A stretch of DNA of 63,106 nt, the filler included, from Bipalium vagum (Eukaryota): assembly GCA_037834085.1 (NCBI GenBank). It is 3 parts of 3 records of this genome, joined end to end, with 100 filler letters (N's around TTAATTAATTAA, not from the genome) between each part and the next. Parts side by side here need not be neighbours in the genome. Positions count along the whole stretch, not along the records: positions 29,312 to 47,261 come from JBBMKC010045590.1; positions 47,362 to 63,106 come from JBBMKC010148419.1; 1 more part is not named here. One strand, written 5' to 3'. The stretch's first letter is position 1. Each line of letters starts with the position of its first letter. The notes below the pieces were generated by a model. The model was not told the DNA's origin. It ran no database searches and saw only the letters and a program-made list of their open reading frames with translations. Shown in pieces: positions 36,501 through 48,328 of the stretch. The translations under genes and the position numbers were made by a program.

Positions 36501-39500
36501 TTAGAAATCATTTAGAAAGCTTACGTTTGACACTGGATTGCAAGGTCTTACATCGACGCCTATCTTTGAGCTATCTGGTTGATATGAAGTCTTTATTGCA
36601 ATAAGTAATCTTCCACGATAAGCGACACCTTCTGCTAAATTCTGGTTTTGACCTCTGTCTCCTTTTATAAGATCTGTATAACTATAAGATCTCGGTGTAC
36701 CGTATAAATTTATCCAACTCGGACCATATGTAGGTAAAAATCCTTCTTCCTCTGAGATTTTAGAAAGTTTCATTAGTTCCACATGACAGCGATTAATTAC
36801 CTTTGCTCCCTGCATACATTATTTTGTGTAAATCAACAAACACTGTTGAAATAGTTTCATCTTTAACCATATCGTTATCCCTGACCACTATTCTCAGTCT
36901 AGTTACAAATGGCGGAAAACGTTCAGTGAAAATGATCTGTTGATTCCAGTCTGGAGAATATGATCGACAAATGGTTTTCGTCCTACCCTTTGAAGAAAAA
37001 ATATTATTCTCTTATTAAAAAAAATTAACTGAATATCCAGCAAAAGAGACTTCCACATAGGCATCAGTAAGTGCTTTCCCTTCGCCATAAATTGCATGTT
37101 GTATATTACATATGAGACTTGTATTGACAGAGGGCAGATCCTCTGCTTGATAAATTAAAACTGCCATCTGACACATTTTCCTCGGCACATTACTGATGCA
37201 TTGTGGAATGAGAAGATTTCTTCAAGTTTAAGGTTATATGAGAAAGATAATCAATTAATAAATACGCTTCAACATTCGGACTTTCTTCGTTCTCATCGAC
37301 TTCCGGTCTCTTGAAATGAAAATAAATAATATGCTTTCATTTGAAAAAATTCCCAGAAACCTTTGGTTTATCCCCGGCGCATAAAACTGAAATATCGACT
37401 TTAACATAACCTTTTTCACCAGTCGTTGGTGCTTTCGGATCGATCAGAACCGCCCATTTTCGGAAAAATGAATGCCCTAAATATTTATTTTATGATCATT
37501 TATTTATATGGAACTTAAAGAGTTCTTTTTTGAATTTCTTTACTGATAAGAAAAATAATTAATGTAAAATTCAAAAGAATTAACAGAACGTCATAAAATC
37601 ACAGCAAATATGGAGACCACATATCTACAGTTATGCACGAGACACTGGTTTTGATATGGCTCAAGTAATAAGTGAACACAGTGAACACAGTGACCTCATG
37701 TTTTATCTCACAACGAAAATATTCTTCAGACATGAATTTGACGGATCACTTCTTATTCAGGAATTCGGAGCAAAAGAGAAAAATTTAAACATTCAACTCT
37801 ATGAAAGAATGAGTCATTCAAATTTTTAGATCGTTTCTTAAGTGTATTTCATTGTTAAAAGTGTGCTGGGAAAAAATGGTTAAGAATCACTGCGTTAATT
37901 TATATTTTTTAATTTAGTGAAAATTATTTTAAAAATGAAAATTTTCAGGTCCCCTGCCTGTGATAAATTGGAGGGAAATGTTATGGTTTTGTAAGAAAAT
38001 AAAAATATTGCTAAGCCAAACTAATAAAATATTTAAAGTAAAAAATACATAAGACGATCATTAATGATTGATCTGTTAAAAAATCTCTTTTAGCAGTAAT
38101 AATTACTTCAACTTGACTTCGAAATCTGGAGCAAGCTATAAGTAAGTTAACCTTATCCAGTAAGATAAGTACTTTGCTAATTTTTACTTTTAAAGATAAT
38201 TTCTGCCAATCGACATCGTGAAAAAAGAAATTCTGAATATTTATTCCCTTACAGAATTTTGGAACAAGGAAATATACTCTAAAATATAAATGAATACCAA
38301 TTTGTTTGTATCAAAGTAATGAAGTCTAATATAGGTTATCGACCTTTAAATTAATTTTAATCAGAATTTTGTTGGTTTAATCTCATTGTTTAGGACGCCT
38401 GGGGCATAAATAATGGATTATTTTAAAAATTTCAACAAAAAATTCTAAAAATTAATATTTAAGTGTATCTGTTAAAACTATCCGATGCTACATCGGATAA
38501 CACAAAGTGCGTTTGGGTCAACCATAAAATTTAAAGATGAAGACATAATCACTAATCTTAGACGATCCTGGCAAAATACTTGAAGAAATAATATGAACCT
38601 TGAATGTAAACAGATCTACGTTAGACGCAATAGAAATGATACAAAAGCAAAGTAAATGATTACTGTTGGGAACACTTAACAATAGCAAAAATGTAAAACA
38701 ATTTGAAACATTTTTCATACAAGGCACTTATATTTGTATTGAATTAAAAGCAGTGATTACAAATGTGTGGTGTGGAACTATAAGAAAAAGAGATTGTGGA
38801 CAAAGTCTGGTTAACTATCAACATGAGCAGTACAGAGATAGACAAATAGAAGTAAAGTATTGTAATGTATTTACTGAAACAATCTGGTGATCGGTATCAA
38901 TAACAATTTCTTGATTTAAGTAAAGCACAATATATGGACCACAATATTTTCAAACACCTAATGACGTCAACCTTCATGTTGCAATACAAGTAAGGTAAAG
39001 TTTTAATACACATGGCCAGGAAATCTTACTCCACCCATCGTAATCACCAGACATAAACCATGTGACTTCTACTTGTTTCACTCGATGCAGAATTTTTTTT
39101 GCTGAGCACATGTTTAAATCTTATGAAGATATAAAAAATTGGATCGGCCAGTCGACTGCTTCAAAGAATCAAGATTTATTTTACTGCGCATTCATTCATT
39201 GTGTGGAAGTTGTGGTCTAATGTGGTAGTTGTCAACGAAAATTAATTTGAGTAAAAAATTGTTTGGTTACGTTTGAACAAAGTAAATTCCACATTTAAAA
39301 AATTTAAAAATGTCATCCTCAAAAATTAAAATTTTCTTATTTAATTTAAAAATTGTTAAAAAAATAAAATTTTTAATGTTTTCCTTATAACATGAAATAA
39401 TAGGATCAGGATAGAATAGGATTTTGGTTAGAAATATTATAATATAGATGTGGTCTGAGAAAAGGTAAGTCACCTTAACAAATAGGACAAATGGTGCAAC

Positions 39501-42500
39501 AAATGTTTGTCTGAGGGAAAAATATAAAATCTTGCCTTCATTTGTGTACACAGATTTCGCATCAATTGTGAATTCTCCCAAGACCTTTCCAGTGAAAATA
39601 CGCTGAGCAACAATATTTTGATTTTTTGACAAACCCTAAAATATTTTTGTCAACATTTAATCAACATTCGATATCTGACTCTTATTTTAATAATTTGTTC
39701 CATCAACTCCAAACGAGACATGCTCAGGTCAAACATGAAAAGTTCATTGTAAAAAGGAGAGTTGGTTTGCATTTTGATCTCGGTATTTTGCTTTTTCTTG
39801 CCACAATAAACCTCGAACATTGGATTGATATTATTCCCACACAACCCTTTTGCCTCAACAATAGTAACGGATACCTATTTTACAAGTTGACTTTCAGATA
39901 TTTGAATTGTGATACTTTACTTGAAAATCTTCTAATTTTAATGACTGGGGATCAATGTGCTTTGGTAGTTTAAAATCTCTAAATAAAAATGTAAATTCAT
40001 TAAATTTTAATCATCTTCAAATCTTAATTATGTTTAATTAAATTATACAGTACATAAATCACTATTAAATGGTGAAAAACTATTTTTTGTCTATATTTAT
40101 TGGATAATTTTTGCTTACTAGTTATAAGGAGTAGTTCAAACAATTAGTTTGCTTGATTTTTTAAAATAAGGACATCAAGTATAAATTAACGATTATTAAA
40201 TGTTTTCTAAATATTTAAAAAGATGTTAAATTTTTATAAAGTAAGAAGTTTAATCTTAAAACAAAGGTGAGGTCCATGTTTGAAAAGTGTGTTTAATTAA
40301 TCGAATTTAATGAAATGTATTATAATTGCTTTTATGATTTAAAAATGACAAAACGAGAATATAATTTTAGTAATGATAAGACCTCCTTCAAAACGTTTTA
40401 AAATAATCCCTGGAGACATTCACTGTTGACTTCAATAACTGCTTTCCACTTCGTTAGTAAGTTGTCAATAATAAAATAATTTTATGAAGAATTTAAAAAA
40501 TTCTTAAGACAATCAAAATCAAGACACTTAAAAAGGATTTGAAAATCGCATGATGTGCTCATATATTTTTATTTGGAATATTCAGATTTTTGTGTCAGGA
40601 AATATATATTATGGGTATTTTTCCTCTTGATATTGCTTTTGTTAATTTAAAAATTTAAGAATACAATGAAAAAAATAGTTTTACTATTAGTACGTTTCCA
40701 TTAACTATTAAAGGGTTTGAAAAAGTACACTTTATCAAACTGTTTTTTTGTTTTTAGTTGTCTATTGGCACTATGAGACTGAAACAAAAGAATATTTTTA
40801 CAGAAAGCAATTTAAAAATTATTGTTGCTTATGTTCAGAATTTTTTAAACATGTTTTTGTTATTTTCGGATAAGTAATGGTATAAGAAATTTAAAACAAC
40901 TAAAATGTTTGAAGAAATTATTTTTTTATTTGTTTCTTATGTAATATAATTTGTATTTTAAGTTTTTGTTTTTTTTTAAATAAAGAAACTGAGTTAACAC
41001 TGTTTTACTGACAACATTAAATTAACAAAAAAATTATGTAAAGAATTAGGCTGTGTTTAAATGTCTAAATTTATATTAAAACTGGCAATATTATTTGAAA
41101 AGTAAGTTATAGTATTATGTTAAATTATATAATTTAGCACACATGTTAATATACTTTAACTTAATTTTGTATTTAGAAAACTGTATTATGGTTATTACGC
41201 TTATTCAATTGCAAACTTTTTCGATAAAAATAGAGTAAATGTCAAAAAATTAAATATTAAAAAAAAGGTATGTCAAGAAATGTCTGGATTGCGGAAAACT
41301 AAAGAAAATAGCAGAAAAAAATTATTTATATTTCTTATATCACTACTTATCCGAAAACATACAATTTTTTTTAAAATAACCGCACAAGAAAAGAAATATT
41401 TTTAAAAACTGTTTTCAATTTTTAGTAACATTAGATAACAACAAAGTCAGGTAGTACCTTTTCCCATCAAAGTTTTAATAATCTTTATACTTTACAAAAT
41501 AATATAATTCTAAATAACTTATGACCAATTGTTATTTACACTACCCAGAATTACCTTTCTGGTAAAAGGGATAGATCCGAAATATCATCAGGAACTTCTT
41601 CTTGGTCACCATCACCTTCATCCATGTCATAAAAATCATTTTCATCACTGTATATATAGTTTAATAGAATGATAGGATTATTACTACTAAGAACCTGGAA
41701 TTTTCTGACGGTAGTCGAACTCTCTTATCATTTCTTCTCAAAGCTTTCAGATTAAAAATAGGGTAATCGAAAGCATTGCTACCAAAATTTGCTTGTCCTG
41801 TGGTAGGCGAAAAGTATTCCATTTCTAACGAGATAGTCGTCTACAAAGATTGTCTTTAAATTATAATATACAAATTTTGGGAAAAAATTATCTGGTATTT
41901 TATCCTTAACAAAAATTTGCACGTAGGATAAAATTTTGTAAATCTGTTTTTAATGATATTTTTGGTGAAAACAAAAAATCTAACCTTAGTTTTCATAATA
42001 ATCTACATTTTTTTTCAAGAATATTTATAATATAAAATTATTTCTATAATTTCTTTTATAATTTTCCATAATTTAATAGCTTTCAAAATGTTGTACTCAG
42101 TTACAATACTAATGATAAACTCTGTGGAAAAGATGATATATTATGTTTTCATTTTATTATTTCAAAGATTTATTAATTAATCAATATTTTTGATAATAGT
42201 TGTTTTAATATATCAAACTGAAGCGATAATTTCGTTTTCTAGACAAGTCTAAATAAACAGTTCAATTTAAAATTGAATGTTATTTTTTGCATTTTCTAGC
42301 ACGAGTGAACAAATTATTCAAATTTGCATTCTTTTTGTATTCAAGCTTCATCATAATGGATCAGACCCAACTAGATATATTAATTTCTCAAGATTTAATG
42401 GTTTTGTATGCGAAAGATCCATGCAAAGGTATTATATGAAATTTAAAAATGGTAACCTGGCATAGAATATGATGACCGTAACAGACCTGATATTCTGTCG

Positions 42501-45500
42501 TAATGATAAACAAGAAAGCAGGATATTCAAGATTTTTCTTTATTTGTTTATTCGAAACCGAAATGATCCATTTTAATCTCGAATTGTAACTGTTGAGATA
42601 AGTGAGTCGTTTACGACAACCGGTAAAGATCACAATAACTGGATGTGGATATAAAACCGAGACATGTGCCTAAGCAAAGCCTTCATCAAAAGAAGACTAT
42701 GATCTATGTTAGGTGGTCAGCTGCTAGATTAATTAACTATAATTTTGGACACCTGATAAAACTACCATAGCTCAGTCAAATCATAACGAAATTAAAGTAA
42801 ATCCCCAGAAGTTGCGTGAAAATCAGAAAAAATTTGTTAATAGAAATTAATATTATTGCTCCAAGATAATGAAAGAACAGGAATTTCGAGATTAACAGTG
42901 CAAAAGTTACATAATTTGATCTACGAAATTTATTTACCTCAGACCGGCTTTTAACAAGACCTCTTCTCATCATATTTTCAATCAAATGGAAACATTACTA
43001 AACAATAAGTTTCAGTTTTAATGAAAATGGGATTTATGATTTACTTTCTCGATAGAAAAAGTGTATTGAGACCAATGGAAAATACTTAGATTTTAAAAAT
43101 GTGTTTAATGGGTCTTTCTGATATATTTTAATTAGCTTTTAAAAGCTGTCATTTAATGTGAGACTACATGATGGGTCTTTAATAAATTATGTGATTAATT
43201 CTATTTATAAAAGTTCAATGATCTTAACAATAAAAATATAAAAAATAATCGCTTGCAACGTGATTTGTTTATTCAATTTTTGAAATAATTTCAAAGGAGG
43301 ATGACGGAAAAAGGACGCCGTCAGATGTGTATATCTACCAATATCAACTTTGAATATTAATCCATGCTACTATGGTCTATTGAGCTATGAATGAAGATTC
43401 ACATCAATGATTCTTCAACATTGATTTTATAAAGATAAATTTGTTCAGTCTTTACAAATTTGAGAATAAAAATCAATGATGGCATAATAATGTTCTTTTG
43501 TCAATTGTATTATTGATATGTAATATTTTGGTTTGCTTTTATTATTCTAATTTTTCTTAATATGGTAACAGAAAAATAAAACAATAATCGCAGCGAATAT
43601 AGCTAACAAAATATCAATAACTCACCAGATATAACTTGTGAATTGATATTATATATGTATTTATCAATAGTCAATAAATGTATTTTCAAGTGATTTTCGA
43701 TATCTTTTAAAGATTGAAATTATTTTTAAACGAAATCATTATAAAAGGAACGGAGACGATAATTTGAATGAGCAGTGTTATGGAAATGTAAAGGGTGACT
43801 TAGAAAAGTTCTTACAAATTATGAATTTTGTTATAATTTCAGTAGTTACCCAAAGTCTGACTATAATTATGCACTAAGACTCCTTTTCGATTATACATTT
43901 CAGAAAACTACTGCATTCTTTATTTGGTTTACTTCGTGACCATACTCAACAGCATTGGTAATTTTATCAAGACGGATAATTATAAAATTTCAGTTCCACA
44001 TAACTGAAAAAGTCCTACTTCAAAAGCAAAATTTCTTTTGGTTTAGGTATTAGACAATCTCTTTACTTCACCAATTATTTTTTTATAAATTCTTTTTCAT
44101 CGTTTTATTATCTGTTTCACAACTGCATTTTCGCATAGCGTTTCCAATTGTAAACAGAAATGAAATCATTAATATTTTTTCATTCTTTCATAGTCCTGGG
44201 AAATGAGTACCGCAGATGACTAAATTATTTTAACATATATAGAATGTATCTACCTCGTTACTCTACATTTTGAATTAAACCAGCCATATATTCATCGTTG
44301 ACAGTCGGTCATTGTAATGCGCGACTAATGTCTTGAACACATGATTCACTTATTTCCATAAACTAACAGATTTCAATTTGGTCGCAATATTTATTTTAAT
44401 TGTTATTGATTTGATTGTAGTGCTTATTATTGATTAGTAAAATACGAGTTATTGAATAAAATATATTACAATTTCTGTGTTTTTAATTGTAATAGGGACA
44501 CAACAACTATGCAAATGATGAGTCCTTGAGTTCGTTAAGGTTAACATTCTAAATCAAAGACTTCTAAACATAAAACTTCTATTTAATTACTTCATATTTA
44601 TTCAGATGGTATATTCTAATCCAATGTCAAATTTGCAGTTATAAAATGAGTTTCAAATAGGATACCGTTTCAACAAACTTTCTCAAGATATATAGAATCT
44701 GATTTAAATCAGTGCATTAAAACAAAACTATATTATAAAAAATTCTCAAAATTATATTTTTGTTAATAATTACTTTAATTAAAAATTTAGATAATACTCA
44801 AAGTCTGAACGAGTATTCTTTTTAACCCAATATAAACCAGTTGAAATTTGAATATTATAGGGTGTTTCACTAAGAACAATCGAATGTTATTGTTGAAGAA
44901 AAAATATTTAAATTTAAAGCTTTATTTTAATATAACAAGTAATTCATTAAAACTACATATAAAAGATAATATCGCTCAAATGACTGCCGAGAGTTTTTAC
45001 ATAAGATCTTATTCTTTCCACAAAATTATTGATCGCTTTCATACGTAAATGTAGTCCAATTTCGCTAATTACTTCTTGAATATTATCTGTCAACTGTTTA
45101 ATGCTTTGTGGGCTGCTTGTGTAAATTTTGCTTTTAACATAGCTTTAAAAAAATCCAACGATGTCAAATTGCACGATCTTGGCGGCCACTTGATATCACC
45201 GTACTTGGAGACAATATCTTTATTGAAAACTTTGTTTTAGCTGTTTGGCATGTTGCACCTTCTCGTTGAAACCATAAGTTATCTAAATCTATGTTCTTCA
45301 ACTGGGACCATAAAAAATCTTTTAGAATTTTGTGATATCGTTCTCCATTCACCGTTCATGAATTCCCTTCTCCGCCCTCGAAAAAATATGGTTCAATCAC
45401 ACCAAACAAAAACGCGTTGTTATTTAATTTCTCTATGATTGTCAGAAGAGCAATTACGACAATCTTTTTTGTTTACAAAGTCATTGAGATTAAATTTACC

Positions 45501-46281
45501 TCGACGCTGAAAGTGACTTTATTGGATTATGTGCTTCGTTTTTGATTACCAAATCAACAAACGTATGACGTTCACTATGGTCTGTAGATTTTAAAAACTG
45601 AGTCAACTGAATTTTGTAAGGTTTCAGTTCCAAATCCTCCTTTAAAATTCACCATACTGGTGTTGGAGAAAGACCCAACTGTTGTGAACGATGTCGAATT
45701 GACAACTTGGGGTAATCCTTTAAATTTCTTTTAATCGTCACAACATTATCACCCGAACTAGCGGTTTCCAAACTCATGGGTTTAGGTATATCCAACACGG
45801 ATCTAGTGTCTTCAAATTTTTGAAGAATGTTACGGTTTGTCTTTTCTGTTTACGATGATGCGCACCAAAACAATCTCTAAGTTTTCGGATAATAGCTCGT
45901 GTTGAATTCATGTATGAAAACGGTCAATAATTTTGAGGAAAGAATAAGATCTTGTGAAAAAAGTCTCACCAGTCAATTGTACGATATTACCTTTCACAGG
46001 TAACTGTAATGAATTGCTTGTTATATTAAAATAAAGTTTTGATGTTTTTTAAATTTAAATATGTTTTCTTCAACAACTCTTACTGCAGCACCCTATACTA
46101 AAGAAAATGTTAAATCGATTTTGATGTAATAAAAATTTTCATTTCAAATATGGTTTAAGACAGTTTTTGGAAAATACTTACATCTGTCAGCCTTAGTCTC
46201 TCATCCACAAGATTTTCCCGCACTAATCTCTTAGGTTCATTCAATAATGTTATAATTCCAATGTTAAGAAGACCTATAAAT
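30568..46281 (-). CDS. Type II ferlin (otoferlin/Fer1L4/Fer1L6-like), partial: 21 visible exons from end of C2A to past C2D
   Basis: Phase-consistent exons give DFQ|VSVTIVEAKGL (C2B), HSFFRKWAVLIDP..KGYVKVDISV, IYQAEDLP..DAYVEVSFAG..PDWNQQIIF (C2C), GFLPTYGPSWINLYG, EGVAYRGRLL, PQYGLPDVFIYM (FerB), FQLRVYLFMARNIIGSDDSGLSDPFVR (C2D), FRFEILMWGVR. No DysF between FerB and C2D. Confidence 0.95.
31720..32720 (-). mobile_element. mariner, near full-length, decayed, in ferlin intron
   Basis: Minus strand RENYCLLIYYDFK..QCLDRLNVAF, IVTGDENW, LHHDNTSP, FDRMQKCVD..YFEK. Confidence 0.88.
34195..34365. repeat. AT-only minisatellite, ~18-nt unit TATTATTATTAAATAAAA
   Basis: About 8-9 imperfect tandem copies visible in a ferlin intron. 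Confidence 0.9.
35744..36146. mobile_element. Non-autonomous pogo-type MITE (~400 bp)
   Basis: TIRs CCATGTTTCTCCGATTATAAGACATT and AATGTCTCACAATCTGAGAAACACGG, TA on the left flank. Confidence 0.8.
37590..37892 (+). mobile_element. hAT (Charlie/Buster-like) 3' fragment
   Basis: Ends GGTTAAGAATCACTG (reverse complement CAGTGATTCTTAACC, hAT-type TIR). Decayed TTYL..TGF motif upstream. Confidence 0.6.
38490..39280 (+). mobile_element. mariner relic with internal deletion
   Basis: QEILLHPS*SPDI followed by DFYLFHSMQNF (YSPDLAPSDYHLF region) and a C-terminal W..VV..NE motif. Confidence 0.7.
40708..41478. mobile_element. Non-coding foldback element with long (~180 bp) imperfect inverted arms
   Basis: TTTTCGGATAAGTAATGGTATAAGAAAT (40863-40890) is the inverted match of ATTTCTTATATCACTACTTATCCGAAAA (41330-41357). 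Further matching blocks run outward to TTAA at both ends. Confidence 0.7.
42250..43100 (+). mobile_element. mariner relic in ferlin intron
   Basis: MLFFAF N-terminus, DPF*SRIVTV..K*VVYDNR, LHQKKTM motifs. Confidence 0.8.
43789..44400 (-). mobile_element. Highly decayed mariner-like relic
   Basis: TIR-like TAAAGGGTGACTTAGAAAAGTTC and degenerate WVPR- and TxDE-like motifs on the minus strand. Confidence 0.45.
44858..46095 (-). mobile_element. Full-length Tc1/mariner-superfamily element with ~190-bp TIRs (WFQQDGA/WPPRSPDL type)
   Basis: TA-flanked TAGGGTG...CACCCTA ends, and 44858-45050 mirrors ~45905-46095. Motifs MNGERYHKILKDFLW..LWFQREGATCQTA and WPPRSCNLTSLDFF. Confidence 0.92.
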
Positions 46282-46559
46282 CTGCAAAAGAAAACATTAT
46301 ATATACAGTTTTATAATAGGTTATTTTTTATTAATTATTTTTATTATCATTGGTTATATATAAAAATATTTGGATTATGTATATATTTTTATTTTATTAT
46401 ATTATAAAAATACAATTTTTATTTTTTTAAGACCCGTGGGTAGACAAATTCATTTTGGATATAAAAATAGTTTTTATCTTTTAAAACCTTTTTATACTAC
46501 TTATAAATTTAATAAGTAAACATTTTCATTAACAACTCCTTGTTCCTTTTTAAATAAAA

Positions 46560-46840
46560 ATGGAAATTTTCTTTTGCTTTAAATACTTTTTGTAATGTCC
46601 CTCACTGATTTTGTAATAATAACGATGCTAAAATACACCATTATCCTGGATTGATATCGGACTCAGCCATTTTATCTTCCTCCATACTCTCCATTTTTAA
46701 ATCCTATCGAGAACGTATTCTCTGTCTTGAAGAATCAAGTTATTCGTGGAGGAACGAAAAATGATCAGGAGTTAAGAAGCTTAATTTCTAGAAAGTTTGA
46801 TAAAATTACTGAAGCGTATTTTCTTTTTGTTAGGTTTTCT
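46560..46840 (+). mobile_element. Tc1/IS630-type (DDE_3) transposase C-terminal relic
   Basis: PFYLPPYSPFLNPIENVFSVLKNQV at ~46665-46745. Confidence 0.85.
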
Positions 46841-47188
46841 GAAGTGGGGCAGCGTGCTACTACTGGTAATTGCAGTGTTTGGGGGACACTGGGAAGCACG
46901 GGAAATTTTGTTATTATTGTTATGACAAGAGAGAGAATATTAACAGTATGCGTTCATTGAAACATGTCCATTGGCAAATTTTACAAATCACTAACAGTTG
47001 ATTGTTGAGAAAAATAAGGGGTTCAATTTACGATATCATTTCACACATTTCGTTTTTCATAGCACAGTTTAGAACTGAAGCGTTTTGAAAAAAAGGAAAA
47101 AGAGAGGATGAGAGGCCATAAATTAATTAATAGCAAAATATTCATTGCTCAAAGTAAATAAAATAGGGATGGTATCAATAATGGTGGA

Positions 47189-47261
<73 letters not shown>
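47189..47261. repeat. (AAT)n microsatellite at contig end
   Basis: About 24 perfect units up to the gap. Confidence 0.97.
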
Positions 47262-47361
47262 NNNNNNNNNNNNNNNNNNNNNNNNNNNNNNNNNNNNNNN
47301 NNNNNTTAATTAATTAANNNNNNNNNNNNNNNNNNNNNNNNNNNNNNNNNNNNNNNNNNNN
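47262..47361. other. Assembly gap with six-frame stop linker
   Basis: 44 N + TTAATTAATTAA + 44 N. Confidence 0.99.
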
Positions 47362-47373
47362 TAATATTATTAA

Positions 47374-47404
<31 letters not shown>

Positions 47405-48328
47405 TATGCATTATTTATCATTTTTATTATTTATTTTTTTCCCGGGGGGGTGTCTTGGTAAACCCAACAATATGAAATAACTGATTTTAAATGGAATTTG
47501 GAAAATGAATTCATACACATGGATTTGTCGTTATTAAAGTTCTTTGTAGTCTCAAAAAAATTTATGTGAAAGTATGAAATCAATATGCGGAATGAAAGTT
47601 CTCAAGTACTGTTTAATACTACAGAAATTATTGGTTATAATGAAGATGGTTGACATTTCAAGAAAAAAATTATATTTTTTATATTTGTAAATTTTTAAAA
47701 AAAATACTGACTTCAAATATCTATTGGTTATGTGCAATATATATCAGCTTAAGTTTTATAATAAATAATGACAGTAATGTTACACTATCAAGATAAAATC
47801 AATATAAATAAATTTGTTTATCCACGCTTGGTCTGATCCAACGATTCAAAATTCAGAATAGTTCTAATAATTTTTTTGTTTAACGATTGACTGTACCAAT
47901 TATCAAAATGCCTGTGATCTCATTCGAAATAACTACATGCTATTTTAAATAACTAATTTAATCTCAAAATAATATTATTTTTTAGCTTTAATTTTGTAAC
48001 TGCATAGTATATTATTATTGCGAACCCGTAAAACTCTCCGCTAATTAAAAAATCACTCTGTAAGTCTAGATTCTTAAAATAACTGTATAATATAACTAAT
48101 AATAAATTAATTGACAAAAGACGTGCAGTGATATCGAAGTTCAACCAAAATGTGTAATAAATTACGAAAATAATGGTAAATGGTATGTTTTAATTTATTT
48201 CTGAGATAGTAGTATAAATGATTAAACAGTAAGATTTTTTTCAAAATCGAATAATAATTGTTTAACTGCATAAAATAAACAAATCTATTGAATGATTTAT
48301 ATGGCAATTAATATTTTAGTTAAAAATA

